This document shows, piece by piece, positions 1 to 11,200 of a stretch of DNA of 33,392 nt (positions are counted from its first letter, which is position 1; the number at the start of each line of letters is the position of its first letter). The translations under genes and the position numbers were made by a program. The notes beneath the pieces were generated by a model. That model saw nothing but the letters and a program-made list of their open reading frames with translations. It was not told the origin of the DNA and did no database searches. Source of the stretch: Jimgerdemannia flammicorona (taxonomy: Eukaryota). The stretch spans positions 1 to 33,392 of the forward strand of contig RBNJ01000313.1 of NCBI GenBank assembly GCA_003990765.1, read 5' to 3'.

Positions 1-1
1 T

Positions 2-1282
2 CATCTGATTGAATTCGAACAACAATACATAGATGAAATGCTACGAAATGGAGTCATCAGACCATCATCAAGCCCCTGGGCTTCACCAGCAATCATAGTA
101 CCAAAGAAAGGAGGATGGAGATTAGTCATGGATTTCAGAAAACTCAACAAAGTCACCACAGAAGATGCCTACCCACTGCCAAGAATTGATGACCTCATCA
201 ATGCCCTCGGAAAAGCCAAATACTTGACCACTACTGACCAGTTCCAAGGATTCCAAGTAATACCCATTGCCAAAGAAGATATCTGCAAGACGGCCTTCAT
301 CACCAGATGAGGGCAGTATGAATACCTATGAATGCCCTTTGGACTCTGCAATACACCTGCCTCATTCCAATGAATGATGAACTATGTCTACCAGGACCTC
401 ATTGGAAGAAATGTACTAGTGTACATAGATGATGTAATCATCTACTCTGAGATATTCAAGCAGCATTTGCAAGACCTTCATGAAGTATTCAATACCATTT
501 GAAATTCAGGACTCAGACTCAATGCCAAGAAGTGCTTCTTTGGAAAACATCAAGTTGAATATCTGGGATATGTTGTCTCAGCTTAAGGAACACATGCCGA
601 CCCCCGCAAGGTAGAAAAAGTCAAGAACTACCCAACCCTGACCTTAGCAAAGGAGACCCTATCTTTCCTTATACTGGCATCCTACTATCGATGATTTATC
701 CCAAGGTTTTCAGATAAGGCAGCACCTCTCCGAGATATCTCCAAGAAGGACCAACCATTCTACTGGAAAGAAGAACAACAAAAGTCATTCGACCTACTCA
801 AGAAGGCCCTTACTGAAGCCCCTGTCCTGGTGCGACCAGACTTTGGCAAACCATTCATCCTGGCAACTGATGCCTCAGCCTTAGGACTTGGATCAATTCT
901 GTCTCAGCAAGATGACCAGAAGAGGGAGCATGTTATCGAATATGCTAGCAAGACCATGAACAAAACACAAGTGAACTATGGAGCCACTAAGTTGGAATAC
1001 CTAGCAGTAGTTTGAGCTGTGGACCACTTCCGACACTATCTCTTAGGAAAGAGATTCGCCCTCATCACTGACCATCAAGCTCTACAATGGTTGTTCAATA
1101 AGCCGGAGCCCTCAGGAATCTTCACTAGATGGATCATGTCTCTGCAAGAATATCAGTTCACTATTGTCTACAAGAAAGGTACTAAGAATTCCAATATTGA
1201 TACTCTGTCAAGAATCCCGCGAAATCAACAAGAAGGAAAGGAGCCCCCACAAGAGAAGGCTGCTTCTTGCTCACCCAAATGA
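2..1282 (+). pseudogene. A1 pol: reverse transcriptase + RNase H (several in-frame stops)
   Basis: Motifs SPWASP, DFRKLN, YPLPRIDD, MPFGL, YIDD (423-434), TDAS, TDHQAL and DTLSR lie in one frame; stops are mostly CGA>TGA-type. Confidence 0.95.
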
Positions 1283-2499
1283 ACCAAGAATTGCGCCTTG
1301 CCCTCACCTGGAGTCTGCACCATAGAAGCTTCAAGAAAGGAATCCAACCAGCCCACAAGTTGTTTATCCAAAGGAATTTCAAGAAATTCCAAGAAGGCAA
1401 TAGCAAACTTTGGAGAGTAGAAGGAGAGTAGTACACCCGAGTTCCAAGAGAAGAAGAAATATTGAAGATCCTGACAACAAATCATGACCAAAATGCACAC
1501 CGAGGAATTGGCACCACAATCGCAAGAATCAAGAAGTGATACTGGTGGCCCAAGATGAGAAAACAAATTTCAACACCCATTCAACAATGTGATATCTGCC
1601 AAAGATACTGACAAAAGCCTATCAACAGAGCACCATTAATACCAATTGCAGCACCAGCTGGAGCCTTTCAAAGACTGGGAATAGACATTATTGGACCCCT
1701 ACCAGTAACCAGCCAAGGAAGATGCTACATTCTCACTATCGAAGACCACCTGACGAAATGGCCAGAAGTCTTTGCTATTGAGACTGCTGATGCCCAGACA
1801 ATTATTGGGATCCTGTATGATGAAATTTTCAGCCGCCATGGTGTGCCCAAGGAAATCATTACAGACCAAGGCCGGGAATTTGTCAACCAAGCCATGAAGA
1901 CCTTTGCAAGCAACTTTAAGATCAAGCTATGACCAACAACAGCCTACCACCCACAGGCAAATGGACTCACTGAACGAATGAACCAGACCATCAAGCGAGG
2001 TCTCAGTAGAACCAGAGATCAACTAAACTGGGATATCTATCTACCGGCAATTCTGTTCAGCATCCGTACCTCTAAGGCAACTGCTACCCAACAGACCCCC
2101 ATCTATTTGGTGTATGGCTGAGAAGCACAAGATCCTACTGAACCAGTCCAGCTAGACCTGTCAAAGCGAGTGACAGAAGAGATCACCCGGTTACACGATG
2201 TATGCCAGCAGGCACGAGGATTTATCGCCAAGGCACAAGAATGACAAAAGAGGTACTATGACCGCAAAGCCAACCTTGAACCCCTGCTCATTAGACAAAA
2301 GGTTCTGGTGTACCATACCATTATAGAAGGAAATTGGAGTGCCAAGCTTGAACCAAAATGGGAAGGCCCCTATCTCATACACCAAGTATTCTCGAACCAC
2401 ACTTATCAACTCAAGACCTTGGATGGAGTTATCCTCAAGACCAAGATACACTGCAACCGCATAAGACTCTACTACTCAAGAGAAGCAAAATGCATTTGA
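1279..2499 (+). pseudogene. A1 integrase in a separate -1 frame ORF (407 codons, internal stops)
   Basis: HHCC (HDQNAH...CDIC), GIDIIGPLP, TDQGREF, NGLTERMN and GPY/F (WEGPYLI) motifs; no chromodomain; the ATG overlaps the RNaseH TGA. Confidence 0.92.
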
Positions 2500-2814
2500 A
2501 CAATTCTGTTCACTCTGTCTGTGTCATCTCTGCCAGAGATACGATGGACATTTCACTCGAAACTCAAGAAAGCCAACAACATTGGAACCAGACTCAAGCC
2601 CATCCACGTAACAGACATTGTTACTAAGAAATTGTCTCAGATTACAAGTAATACTATTTCTGATGGGTTTGAACCCCCAGCCGCGACTATGGGAGCCCTT
2701 GCCCTAGACAAGGATGGCCAGTCCTCACAAATGCACCAGCATTCTGCTCGTCCCTGGAGTTATGACCACCCAACTCTGTGTAACCCTCACCACCAAGGAC
2801 GGCTCTAATTTTGC

Positions 2815-2824
2815 AAGTGGCAGA
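2815..2824 (+). other. A1 polypurine tract
   Basis: AAGTGGCAGA (A2 copy: AAGGGGCAGA) directly precedes the LTR start. Confidence 0.75.
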
Positions 2825-3031
2825 TATGATGTACACAATTGACAATAGAGTACCGGTGACTGCTAAGATCAGACGACATAATGGTGTGACAATCAAATAG
2901 ACAGCCTGACCCATTAGGTGATCATCCCAAAAGAAGACAAAATGATCCGAGCCAAAATGAAGACCATGTTATTTAAGGAACCATACTCCGCCTCAGGGAT
3001 CGGCACCAAAGAACCAAGTACCTACCACACA

Positions 3032-4017
3032 ATGCCTCCCATTCGCCAAACCAACCAGACCTCCCGCCGCTCTACCCCTTTGCCTGGCCCAAAGACTCTG
3101 ATCTTTGAAGCTATCAAGAAGGCCATCTGGCACCCAGATACTTCCGAACACTTGAACTTCTACACCGAGGACCTTGGACACTTCATCAACTACCAGTATA
3201 TAATGACCCACAGCTCAAAGACACTACCGAATGAATGACCCTCTGGCATGACTACGAAATTGGACACTGCCTTTACAATGAGACTCAAGAAGATGACCGG
3301 GAAGGCCTCATTACCAAATTGATAACCACTAGCCAGCTAATCAAGAGAGCCCTCCATGTCCACCAAATCTTCCGCCATATTCCCTGGGCCATAACACACT
3401 TGTAAGGAGTAACAGCTGGTAGCCTCTCCTGCCTTTCAACTGAAGATGCTGACTGGATAGAATCTGAAGTAGCCAACTCTACTGGCAGCAACCGCGTTGC
3501 CATAGGAAGCCAACAAACTGAACCTACTCAACCAGATTTCCACACTACCCCACTCCAAGACAACCATCAAGGTCACCTAATGAGTCTTATGGAGATATTT
3601 GAAGGACCACCCATTACTATAGAAGTACCCGTTGGAGCTACCCCAACCACCCACCACCCTGTCAGCCACAATTCACATCTCATCATTTGGGAACCAAATC
3701 AAGAAGAAGCCCAAGAGGTCCCTGTCTTTGAAGAAGAAGCCCAAGAACTCTAAGACCCTGCCCCTGAAGAAACCCCCTCTGATACTAAAACTGACAAGCC
3801 TTCAGAAGAAGAAGAGGAGCAACAGAGAGTCTACCAGTCCTCTGTCTGCATTCAAGCTGTTCAAGGGTTAGAGAATGTTGTTGAAGATGACTGGCCACTT
3901 TTCTACCCCCTCACCTCTTGGCTGGCGCTTCCCCCTTTTGAGGAGAGGTATAATGAAGAAGAAATCTTAACCCAGCAAGATTTGCCTGCCATGGATGAAG
4001 GGTACTATTTCCTCTAG
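3032..4017 (+). pseudogene. LTR(U3)-encoded ORF of family A, consensus 328 aa, unknown function
   Basis: MPPIR...DEGYYFL*. Lesions in A1 (1-bp deletion near 3210, stops at 3232, 3403, 3751) are all absent from A2. Confidence 0.85.
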
Positions 4018-4058
4018 AAGTACCACCTATCAGCCATGAGAATTGTGCAGTCTTCATG

Positions 4059-4232
4059 TCAGCAAGTCAGCAAGTCCGAATCCAGTGTTGCTACCCAGCA
4101 CAACCATTTTCAGCATTTTGTCAGCAAGTCAGCAACACCCGTTTTCAGCATTGCCACCCTCCACAACTGTTTCTGGCAACAATCAGCACTCCTATCTGCT
4201 CATCCGAATCCAGCGTTGCTATCCCCTCCAAC
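4059..4232 (+). repeat. Imperfect ~55-60 bp repeat array in A1 U3 (CAGCATTGC / TCAGCAAGTC cores)
   Basis: Three CAGYRTTGC-centred units plus many TCAGCA words; A2 has four units. Confidence 0.75.
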
Positions 4233-4356
4233 CCAATCCATAGTAAACAATAGCCTGCACCTCGCATCGTACAAGCTAATAGCATAGTGAAGTTTGCCAC
4301 AATGTAGTATACCTTAGCCTTAGTCACGCCCCCCTCCCCCATAGCTAGCAAACTTG

Positions 4357-4388
4357 TATAAATAACCCATATCCTTAGAGTAAATAAA
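4357..4388 (+). promoter_or_regulatory. A1 LTR TATA box (4357-4364) and AATAAA (4383-4388)
   Basis: TATAAATA followed by AATAAA; both are conserved in A2 (27513-27520, 27489-27494). Confidence 0.65.
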
Positions 4389-4551
4389 GCCTCAGTCAGT
4401 TTGTATTTAAAAGTAAAAAGGATTACAAAGAAACCACTGCCTCCAAGAGACCAGATAAATTCTGAGAACAAGATAACAACCTAGAGCAACGGATCGCTCG
4501 GAAGTTTGAGTTAAAGAATTTTCTCTTGCCACAGAAAGAAAACGTTACCTG

Positions 4552-4800
4552 ACCACCGCCATTCGACTGCCAATTCGAGACCCGAGACCCAGCCAAGGAT
4601 TCAAGACCCAGAAACCCAAGGAGACCCAGCCAAGGATTCTAGACCACAACTGCCATGCATTCAGACCGCCATTCGGACCACACATTCAGACCTCCATTCG
4701 AGATTCAAGACCCTGGCAATATAGCTAAAGAACCCAAGGAACCCAAGTTACCCAGCCAAAGGATACAGGACCTCTGCCAAAGACCTGAATGACCGCCAGG
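4552..4800 (+). repeat. U5 repeats (CCCAGCCAAGGATTCAAGACC; GACCGCCATTCG)
   Basis: Several imperfect copies, arranged differently in A2 (27050-27360). Confidence 0.7.
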
Positions 4801-5141
4801 AACCTTTCAAGTTAACCAAGACAGATGAGTGAGCCATCAACCTCCATTTTCCCGACCTACTGCGCCACGAACTGTTTAAAGTCAAGACCATCACCGAGTT
4901 TGCTGCCAAGTTAATCACCACCAGGAAACTTAGCCAGCATAATCACTGCCCTTATCCACTAAACAATTGAGCCATCATCGAACGATCTCCCGCTGTTATC
5001 AATTACCACACAAATCAAATGACCTGTCACGAGACTCAACCCACGAACATCACCAATACCTTCAGATATACATTGCATGCTTCGCCAAGTGGCACATTGA
5101 GCCATGATTGAAGCAACTAGGGATATAAACCCAACGCCACA

Positions 5142-6104
5142 ATATATATACAGAGCACTCAGATATATTGAAACAGAGAACTACAAAAAACCAAACAAAC
5201 AACTACAACTTTTGAACATATACACAACCATGATCACTGAGATCTATAACTATATCTATACTGACATTTGGAATACCATTGTCAACCAAGCCATACCTCT
5301 CCTTCTCCTTATGAATATTCATAGTCTAGCACCTCTCTACTTCATAAATGCCTGATAGAATACTCTAAATATGCTCAGTGAAGCCCACTAAATTGGACAA
5401 ATCTCAAACTACTACCAGATCAGCTACCTCAGAAGATATGGTTGAATATTACCATAACATAGATATTACCCAGATGTCTTAACACCAGAAACTCATTGCC
5501 TGCAAATACCAAGAACTCTTTATGAGTATAGCACCTTTATTTCCTACCTCTAAGCTATTACTACAGAAATGGTTACCACTCTGTCCTATGGCCAAATTGA
5601 CAATATGGTATAAGAACTCAACCACAAGTATATCAAGTATATCCAGACCACAGACAGAACCTTTCCACATCCTGATGACTATATCCTACAAATGTCTCAA
5701 GTTGGATATACTATGAAGGATATCTACAATATAATTTAGTTTAATAATAATAAAGCAGAAGATAATGATCCCTTTAATACTGACATGACCTCTAGCCAAG
5801 GATTCCAGCTAGCCCTGATCACTCTGCCAATCTTATTGATAAACTTACAATAGTTTATAATCACCTACAAGACCTATTGGGATAATGACCACTAGCATGA
5901 GTACTAATCTACATTTATATCTGACTACTTTACTACAATGAAGAGATCAGGGAACACAACTTATATCTTCAGACAACTCTTAAAATCAAACCAACAACTC
6001 TACTACCTGAGTATGAGTAATATGAAGAACAGCTGCCAGCTTACTATAACCCAGCAATACATAGTACTATAACTTATAGAAGATATACAGATAGCAAATC
6101 TGAT
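5142..6104 (+). repeat. B 5' LTR, left segment
   Basis: Direct repeat of ~25445-26420, differing mostly by transitions. Confidence 0.9.
6091..6104 (+). repeat. LINE-a target-site duplication ATAGCAAATCTGAT (second copy 12012-12025)
   Basis: Exact 14-bp direct repeat; the empty site is visible in the 3' LTR at ~26407-26420. Confidence 0.95.
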
Positions 6105-6187
6105 CAACCTTTCTTTGCTATAATTCACATTACACACACTTTTACAACACACTTTCAAGTCGTTTATTGGAGAAAGATACTAAGATA

Positions 6188-8218
6188 ATATCAACGAGCA
6201 AGTGAACCAACATGTGTACTAGGTCAGGCAGATCTGGGGCCTTCAACTGGCAATATGTTGGGAGAGGGTATGGGCTTGGAATGGGGTCCTTTGGTGGCTC
6301 AAGTGGGCAGAGCAGCTTGGGTAGTAGAGGCGGCACTGGTGGGGGGGCTGGAAGGCAGCAGGGGAGGAGCTTTGCAGACATGCTGAGGCCTGGAGGTTAG
6401 CTGATGAGAGCTCGCAATAGACAGGCAGGAGGGAAGGGGAAGCAGAAGGTGGGGGATGCTGGGGGTACTGGGCCTTTGCTGGTGGGAGGTGGGGGAAGTG
6501 GAGTAGCTGCTGGGGGTAGTGGCAGGACTGCTGATAGTAGTGTGACTGGGAATCTGGCAAAAAATCCAAATGTGATAGTTGATGTGGGAGCTAGACAGAT
6601 GGACCCGAAAAGGAAGGAAGACCTGGCAGATAGTGTGATGGGACTGGCAGTAGCACTATTACTCAAGAAATCGATCTTGGAGTTTACAACCACCTTGTGT
6701 TTCCGGGGCTTGGTGGTGATAGCGAGAATGGTCCTGGGGCTCATTTCGAAGCAGGTGGCTGGGGCAGCCTCAGTGAATTACTGAAGGGTCTGAAGGGGGT
6801 GGAAGTGGGCTTTGAGGAGGCAGGCCCACTGGATGAGGCCCTGAAGACTAGAGTAGTAATTGGGGAAGTAGTGGTCCCCATGGTGTGGTGCTTGAGGTAG
6901 GACCCCAGAGTAGTGCAGCTTCTGGTGAGGGAGTGCCTATGGTGACAAAGGAGGAGACTAGGAGGTAGGTGGAGGAGGTGATGGCAGAGTATAGTGAAAT
7001 AGTGGACATTGGCTTCCAGATGTGAGAGGGGACAACATTCAGGACAGGCAATGTCAATGTCAGGATTAGGCTGGCAGGGAAGGAGGCCACAGGAAAGATG
7101 AGTGAATGGCCCTTAGTGCTGATGTGGGGGGCTTTTGTCTGTAAGGTGTCGAGGGTAAAAGGGAGTAAAGAGGAGAAGGAGGACCTGTTGGAGGCTCTGG
7201 AGGAGTTGAGTGGTACTGTGGAGAGGAGGGCGAATGCTTGGAAGCTATATGAAGAGTCGATGCATCTGGAGGTTGTAGATAGGAAATATATCTATACTGA
7301 CAGGAGGCAGTGGGAGCAGGCCCAGGGGTGCAAGAGGTAGAGGGAGCTTCTGGCAAGTATGAAAGGAGAGGTGAAGAAGAAGTTGGTTGGGGCTGAGGAG
7401 TTTAGAGTTGTCAAAGCCAGTGTCTGGACTAGCAAAGGAGGAGAGGAGGTGGAGGTGAATAAGGAAGAGGCAGGGAAGGCACTGGACAAGGATCCCTATG
7501 CAGACAGTACCTTTGAAGTTTGGGAGCAGGATTTGGATAGCACCCCCCCCCACTTATCAGGTGGGGCCCAGTTGGGAAGAGAGGAGTAGTGGAGGATGTG
7601 CTGATGCAGGGGGCCCAGCGAGTTCACTTTGGAGTTCCAGATGTGGTGAGAGGGGGCCAGGTGGTGGCAGTTAGTGAGGATAAGCTGGTGGATATTCCAG
7701 AGGAGGAGTGGGATGAGGCTGCCAGTGTGAGAGCAGATACCACAATGATGGATGCTGGGCAGCCAGGGACTCCTGGAGAGAAGGAGGTGGGGAACCTACT
7801 GTGGATGAGCAAGGTGATGGATAACCTCACAGCTGAGGAGTTGGGAGAGGTTGACCTGCATGTGGTGCTAGAGGAGCATTGGGCACAGATTCTGCATAGA
7901 GATGGGGTGGTGGAGGCATTGAAGGTGGAGATACTTGTGATTTTCAAGGAGAAGGAGGGATATGTGGTAGATGAGGTGAGGGAGGCTGAGTTGGTGGTTA
8001 CTGCTGGTGAGCAGACTGCCTATTGTTGGGCAGAGCATCATGGGTTGCAACTCTGGCAGAAGGCTTGCTTGAAATATTGGGAGAACTTCGAGGAAAGGGA
8101 GGATAGGGCAATGGTGGAACTTTTGGCTGGGTTGGAGACAAAGGCAACTGAAGAGAAGGCACTGGCTGCAGAGCATGACTTGGACTTGGCACAGGAGGAG
8201 CAGAACGCAGATTTGTAG
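6188..8218 (+). pseudogene. LINE-a ORF1 (Gly-rich N-terminus, probable RRM-like core, acidic C-terminus)
   Basis: ORF-track fragments are co-linear with LINE-b ORF1; position is upstream of APE; the domain call is inference. Confidence 0.75.
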
Positions 8219-8249
8219 AGGGTGCAATTGTTAAACAACATTATTCCTT

Positions 8250-11200
8250 ATGAACAGTACAACTAGTATTTTTTCTTTGAATATAAATAGGCTACAGAGA
8301 TCAGGGCAGTGTAGGAACATTTTTACTTAGCTTAGGAGATTGGAGACTGATCTCTTTTTACTGCAGGATGTATGGTGTAAGGATGAGGAAGATTAAGTAG
8401 AGTGGGCCAGAGAATGGGGAGGGGCTACTGCTTGGAATAGCAAAGTGGTGATTCTGGTGAGGAAGGGTAGAGGGGACTTGGGTGGAATTCAGAGCTGGGG
8501 GAACCATTTGGTCTGAGGAGAATGGTACCAACCTGGGTGGGAATCAGTGAGGGTTGGCTCCTGCTACTGCCCTGCAGTTAGGGGTGAGCAGATTGAGTAG
8601 ATTAGAGATCTGTTGGAGGAGGGTGTTTTCTTAGAGGAAGGTGTCAATGTTCTGGGAGGTGACTTTAATATGGTGCAGGATCTATGGCTAGATAGAACTG
8701 ATGGAGGATGGAGTGTAGGTGGGAAGAGTGGTGGACTGGATAAGTGGGAGGAGGTGGAGAACCTTAGCTCCTTAGGGGATATGGACAGAATACAGTGGGG
8801 TGATAGGAGGGTCTATACATACTGGGTAAATGGACTGGGTACAAGGATTGACTGGATTCTGATAGCTGAATATTGGGGTGCCAATGTTTGGAGGACTCTG
8901 GAGGTGGAGTGGTACCCTTGGTCCAATCACTGAGGGCTATTGGGGCAGGGACAGTTTGGGGGGAGTGGAGATAGACCTGGACATTGGTGCCTTAACTCCT
9001 CCCTGCTGGCTGTGAAGGGGTTATGGGACCCATGGGTGGAGGATGTCCAAGTGAAGATTGCCACCTGGATGTATGAGGGATCATCTGTGGATGTCCGGTG
9101 GATGAGGTTGAAGGAGGCTGTGAGGGTTTATTGGGGAGGAGCTAGTAGGGAGGCTGGGAGGCAGAGAAGAAAGTGAGTATGGTGCACTTCTAATAGGCTG
9201 ATTAGACTGCAGATAGAGTGGGCTGAGTTGCTTCATTCTGAAGGAGTGGAGGATTGGAGGGTAGAGCAGGTGAAATTGGAGGTAATGGAGCTGCAACAAA
9301 TATTGTGAGCAGAGAAGGAGATTTATATGAAAGGAATGGCTGCCAGACTGAGGTGGCAGGGGCTTGAGGAGGGAGAGTGGCCCACTAGATACCTGTCAAG
9401 GCTTCTCCAAGCTAGGAGGGTGTGCCAGCGATAGAATGGGGTCTTGGATGCCAAGGGAGACTTGGTGCATGGCATGCAACAGATCTTGGGAGTATTGAAG
9501 GAGAAATGGAGGGGTCTGTGGAGTGAGGAGGAAGGGGGGGCTGATGAAGAGACAATTGAAGATACACTAGAGGAGTGGGTGCCACCACATGTAGAAGGAC
9601 TGGGTGATTTGATCTTACTGGTCCAGGAGGAGGAGATCCAGAGAGTACTTGTGGCAACTAAGCTGGGGACAGCACCAGGAGAGGATGGTTTATCTTGGGA
9701 CTTCTGGAAGAAGATGGTGAAGGTTCCTGGAGTATTAGGAGAGATGGCTGCCCTCTGTGACCATGTTCTTCTGAATGATGAGTGGGTTGGCAAGCAGGAC
9801 TTGGAGCTGGTGGCCTTATTGTTCAAAGATAAGGAGAGGAGAGAGGACTGGAAGAACTGGAGGCCGATCATGCTTCTGGATATAGACAGAAAGTTGGTAA
9901 CAAAGGTTATTGTTGTGAGACTACAGAAAGTTGTCCAATAGGTTCTGGGTGAGGAGCAGCGAGGCTTTGTGGGGGGCAGGCTTATCAGGAATGAGACTGT
10001 CTGAGTGCACAGCATCATTGAGAGGACCCAGGCTTGTGGACTGGATGGTAGACTGGTCTTTTTGGACCAGGAGAAGGCCTATGACCATGTTTGGTGGGTA
10101 TGGCTAGGCAAGTTGCTGGATAGAATTGGTGTTCCCCCAAGGTTTCGGGCTTCTATGCTAAATTTGATGGAGGGCAGTAGGGCAGTACTACTGTGTAATG
10201 GTCACTGGGGTTTGGCATTTCCCTTGGAAAGAGGAGTTCCTCAGGGAGACCCATTGTCTTCTATCCTTTATGCCCTTTTGTTGGAACCTTTGATGGATAG
10301 GATATGTCAATGGGTGGCAGGGCTCTCTATGTATGGTATGGTGTGGAAGGTGGGGGCTTTTGTGGATGACATAGTAGTTAGACTTGGATCAGTAGTGGAT
10401 GTTGAGACACTCAAGGAGACAGTAGAATGGTATGAGGCACACTCTGGGGTGAAACTCAACTGGCATAAGTGTGAGACAATGGTGTTAGGGAATGGGCTGG
10501 TGGGAGGGGATGTCATTGGAACAATTGTCCCCACAGGAGAGGTGGTGTGGTATTTGGGCATCTTCCTTTCTATATATGGATCTGTTTTGCCATGAGTGTG
10601 GTGGGAGAGGAGGGTGGCCATTTGGGGAGAGGCTCTTAGAGGTTGGGGGGGTCGCCACATCTCTCTGGCAGGGCAGGTGTCAATCCTGAATGTCTACTGG
10701 TTCCCCAAGCTATGGTATGTGGCCTATCACTTAGACTTCCCAGCTTAGGTGGTGAAGAGACTAATGAAACTGGCTAGAGATTGGATTTGGGCTAAGAGGA
10801 GGTCCCAGATCAGTTGGGATACTCTTGTAATGCCAGTGGTTAGGGGTAGACTAGGCCTTGTGGATTTCCCTAAGCAGCTGCACTATCTGTGAGCTTGGTG
10901 GTTGAAAAGGGCTATTGAACTGCAGGGAGGAGGTTGGGTGCCACTGCTGCAGAAGGTGTGGGAGATAAGGTTCTCTCCTTAGGGATCCATAGGAGGTTTG
11001 CTCTCTCTGGTGAGCCTGACTGGAAGCTGATGGCTGTGGTATAAGGGCTTCTGGTGGGGGGTGGTAGATGGAGCACACCAGATAGGACTGCACTGGCAAG
11101 GCAATGAGGGGGAGGTGCTGTGGGGTCCAGCTATGTAGCAATGGGACAGACTCCTTCTGGGGGGAATTCCACTTACTGAGTTTGATATTGGAGATAGAGT

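Larger units (their letters stand above)
1..5141 (+). mobile_element. Ty3/Gypsy LTR retrotransposon family A, copy A1 (3' part; 5' part outside window)
   Basis: RT-RNaseH-integrase order, PPT, and an LTR ending ...ACGCCACA at 5141; co-linear with the reverse complement of 26700-31900. Confidence 0.95.
2825..5141 (+). repeat. A1 3' LTR (~2.3 kb)
   Basis: Starts TATGATGT (A2: TGTGACGT) after the PPT and ends ACGCCACA, an 8-bp imperfect terminal inverted repeat; homology to A2 stops exactly at 5141/26700. Confidence 0.85.

Noticed and set aside
1272..1282. CCCAAAT as a -1 slippery heptamer
   Set aside because: Out of phase with the RH frame (CCC AAA TGA).
2490..2810. Small ORFs or a Cys-rich peptide between IN and the PPT
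   Set aside because: Short frames with stops in both copies and no recognisable motif; treated as 3' UTR.
2900..2945. CTGAC...TAG as a splice acceptor, or an ORF start at 2918/2942
   Set aside because: The ATG at 2942 is ATA in A2; ATG 3032 is conserved and follows a TATA-like element. Splicing is not excluded but is unsupported.
3940..3955. GAGGAGAGG as PPT with the LTR starting near 3950
   Set aside because: No terminal inverted match to ...GCCACA; the 2825/29080 boundary has both a PPT and an 8-bp inverted match.
3032..4017. Calling the post-pol ORF an env gene
   Set aside because: It lies inside the LTR and has no evident signal peptide, TM helix or cleavage/fusion motif.
4059..4800. 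CRISPR-like array
   Set aside because: Units are degenerate, lack unique spacers and lie in a eukaryotic LTR; there are no cas genes.
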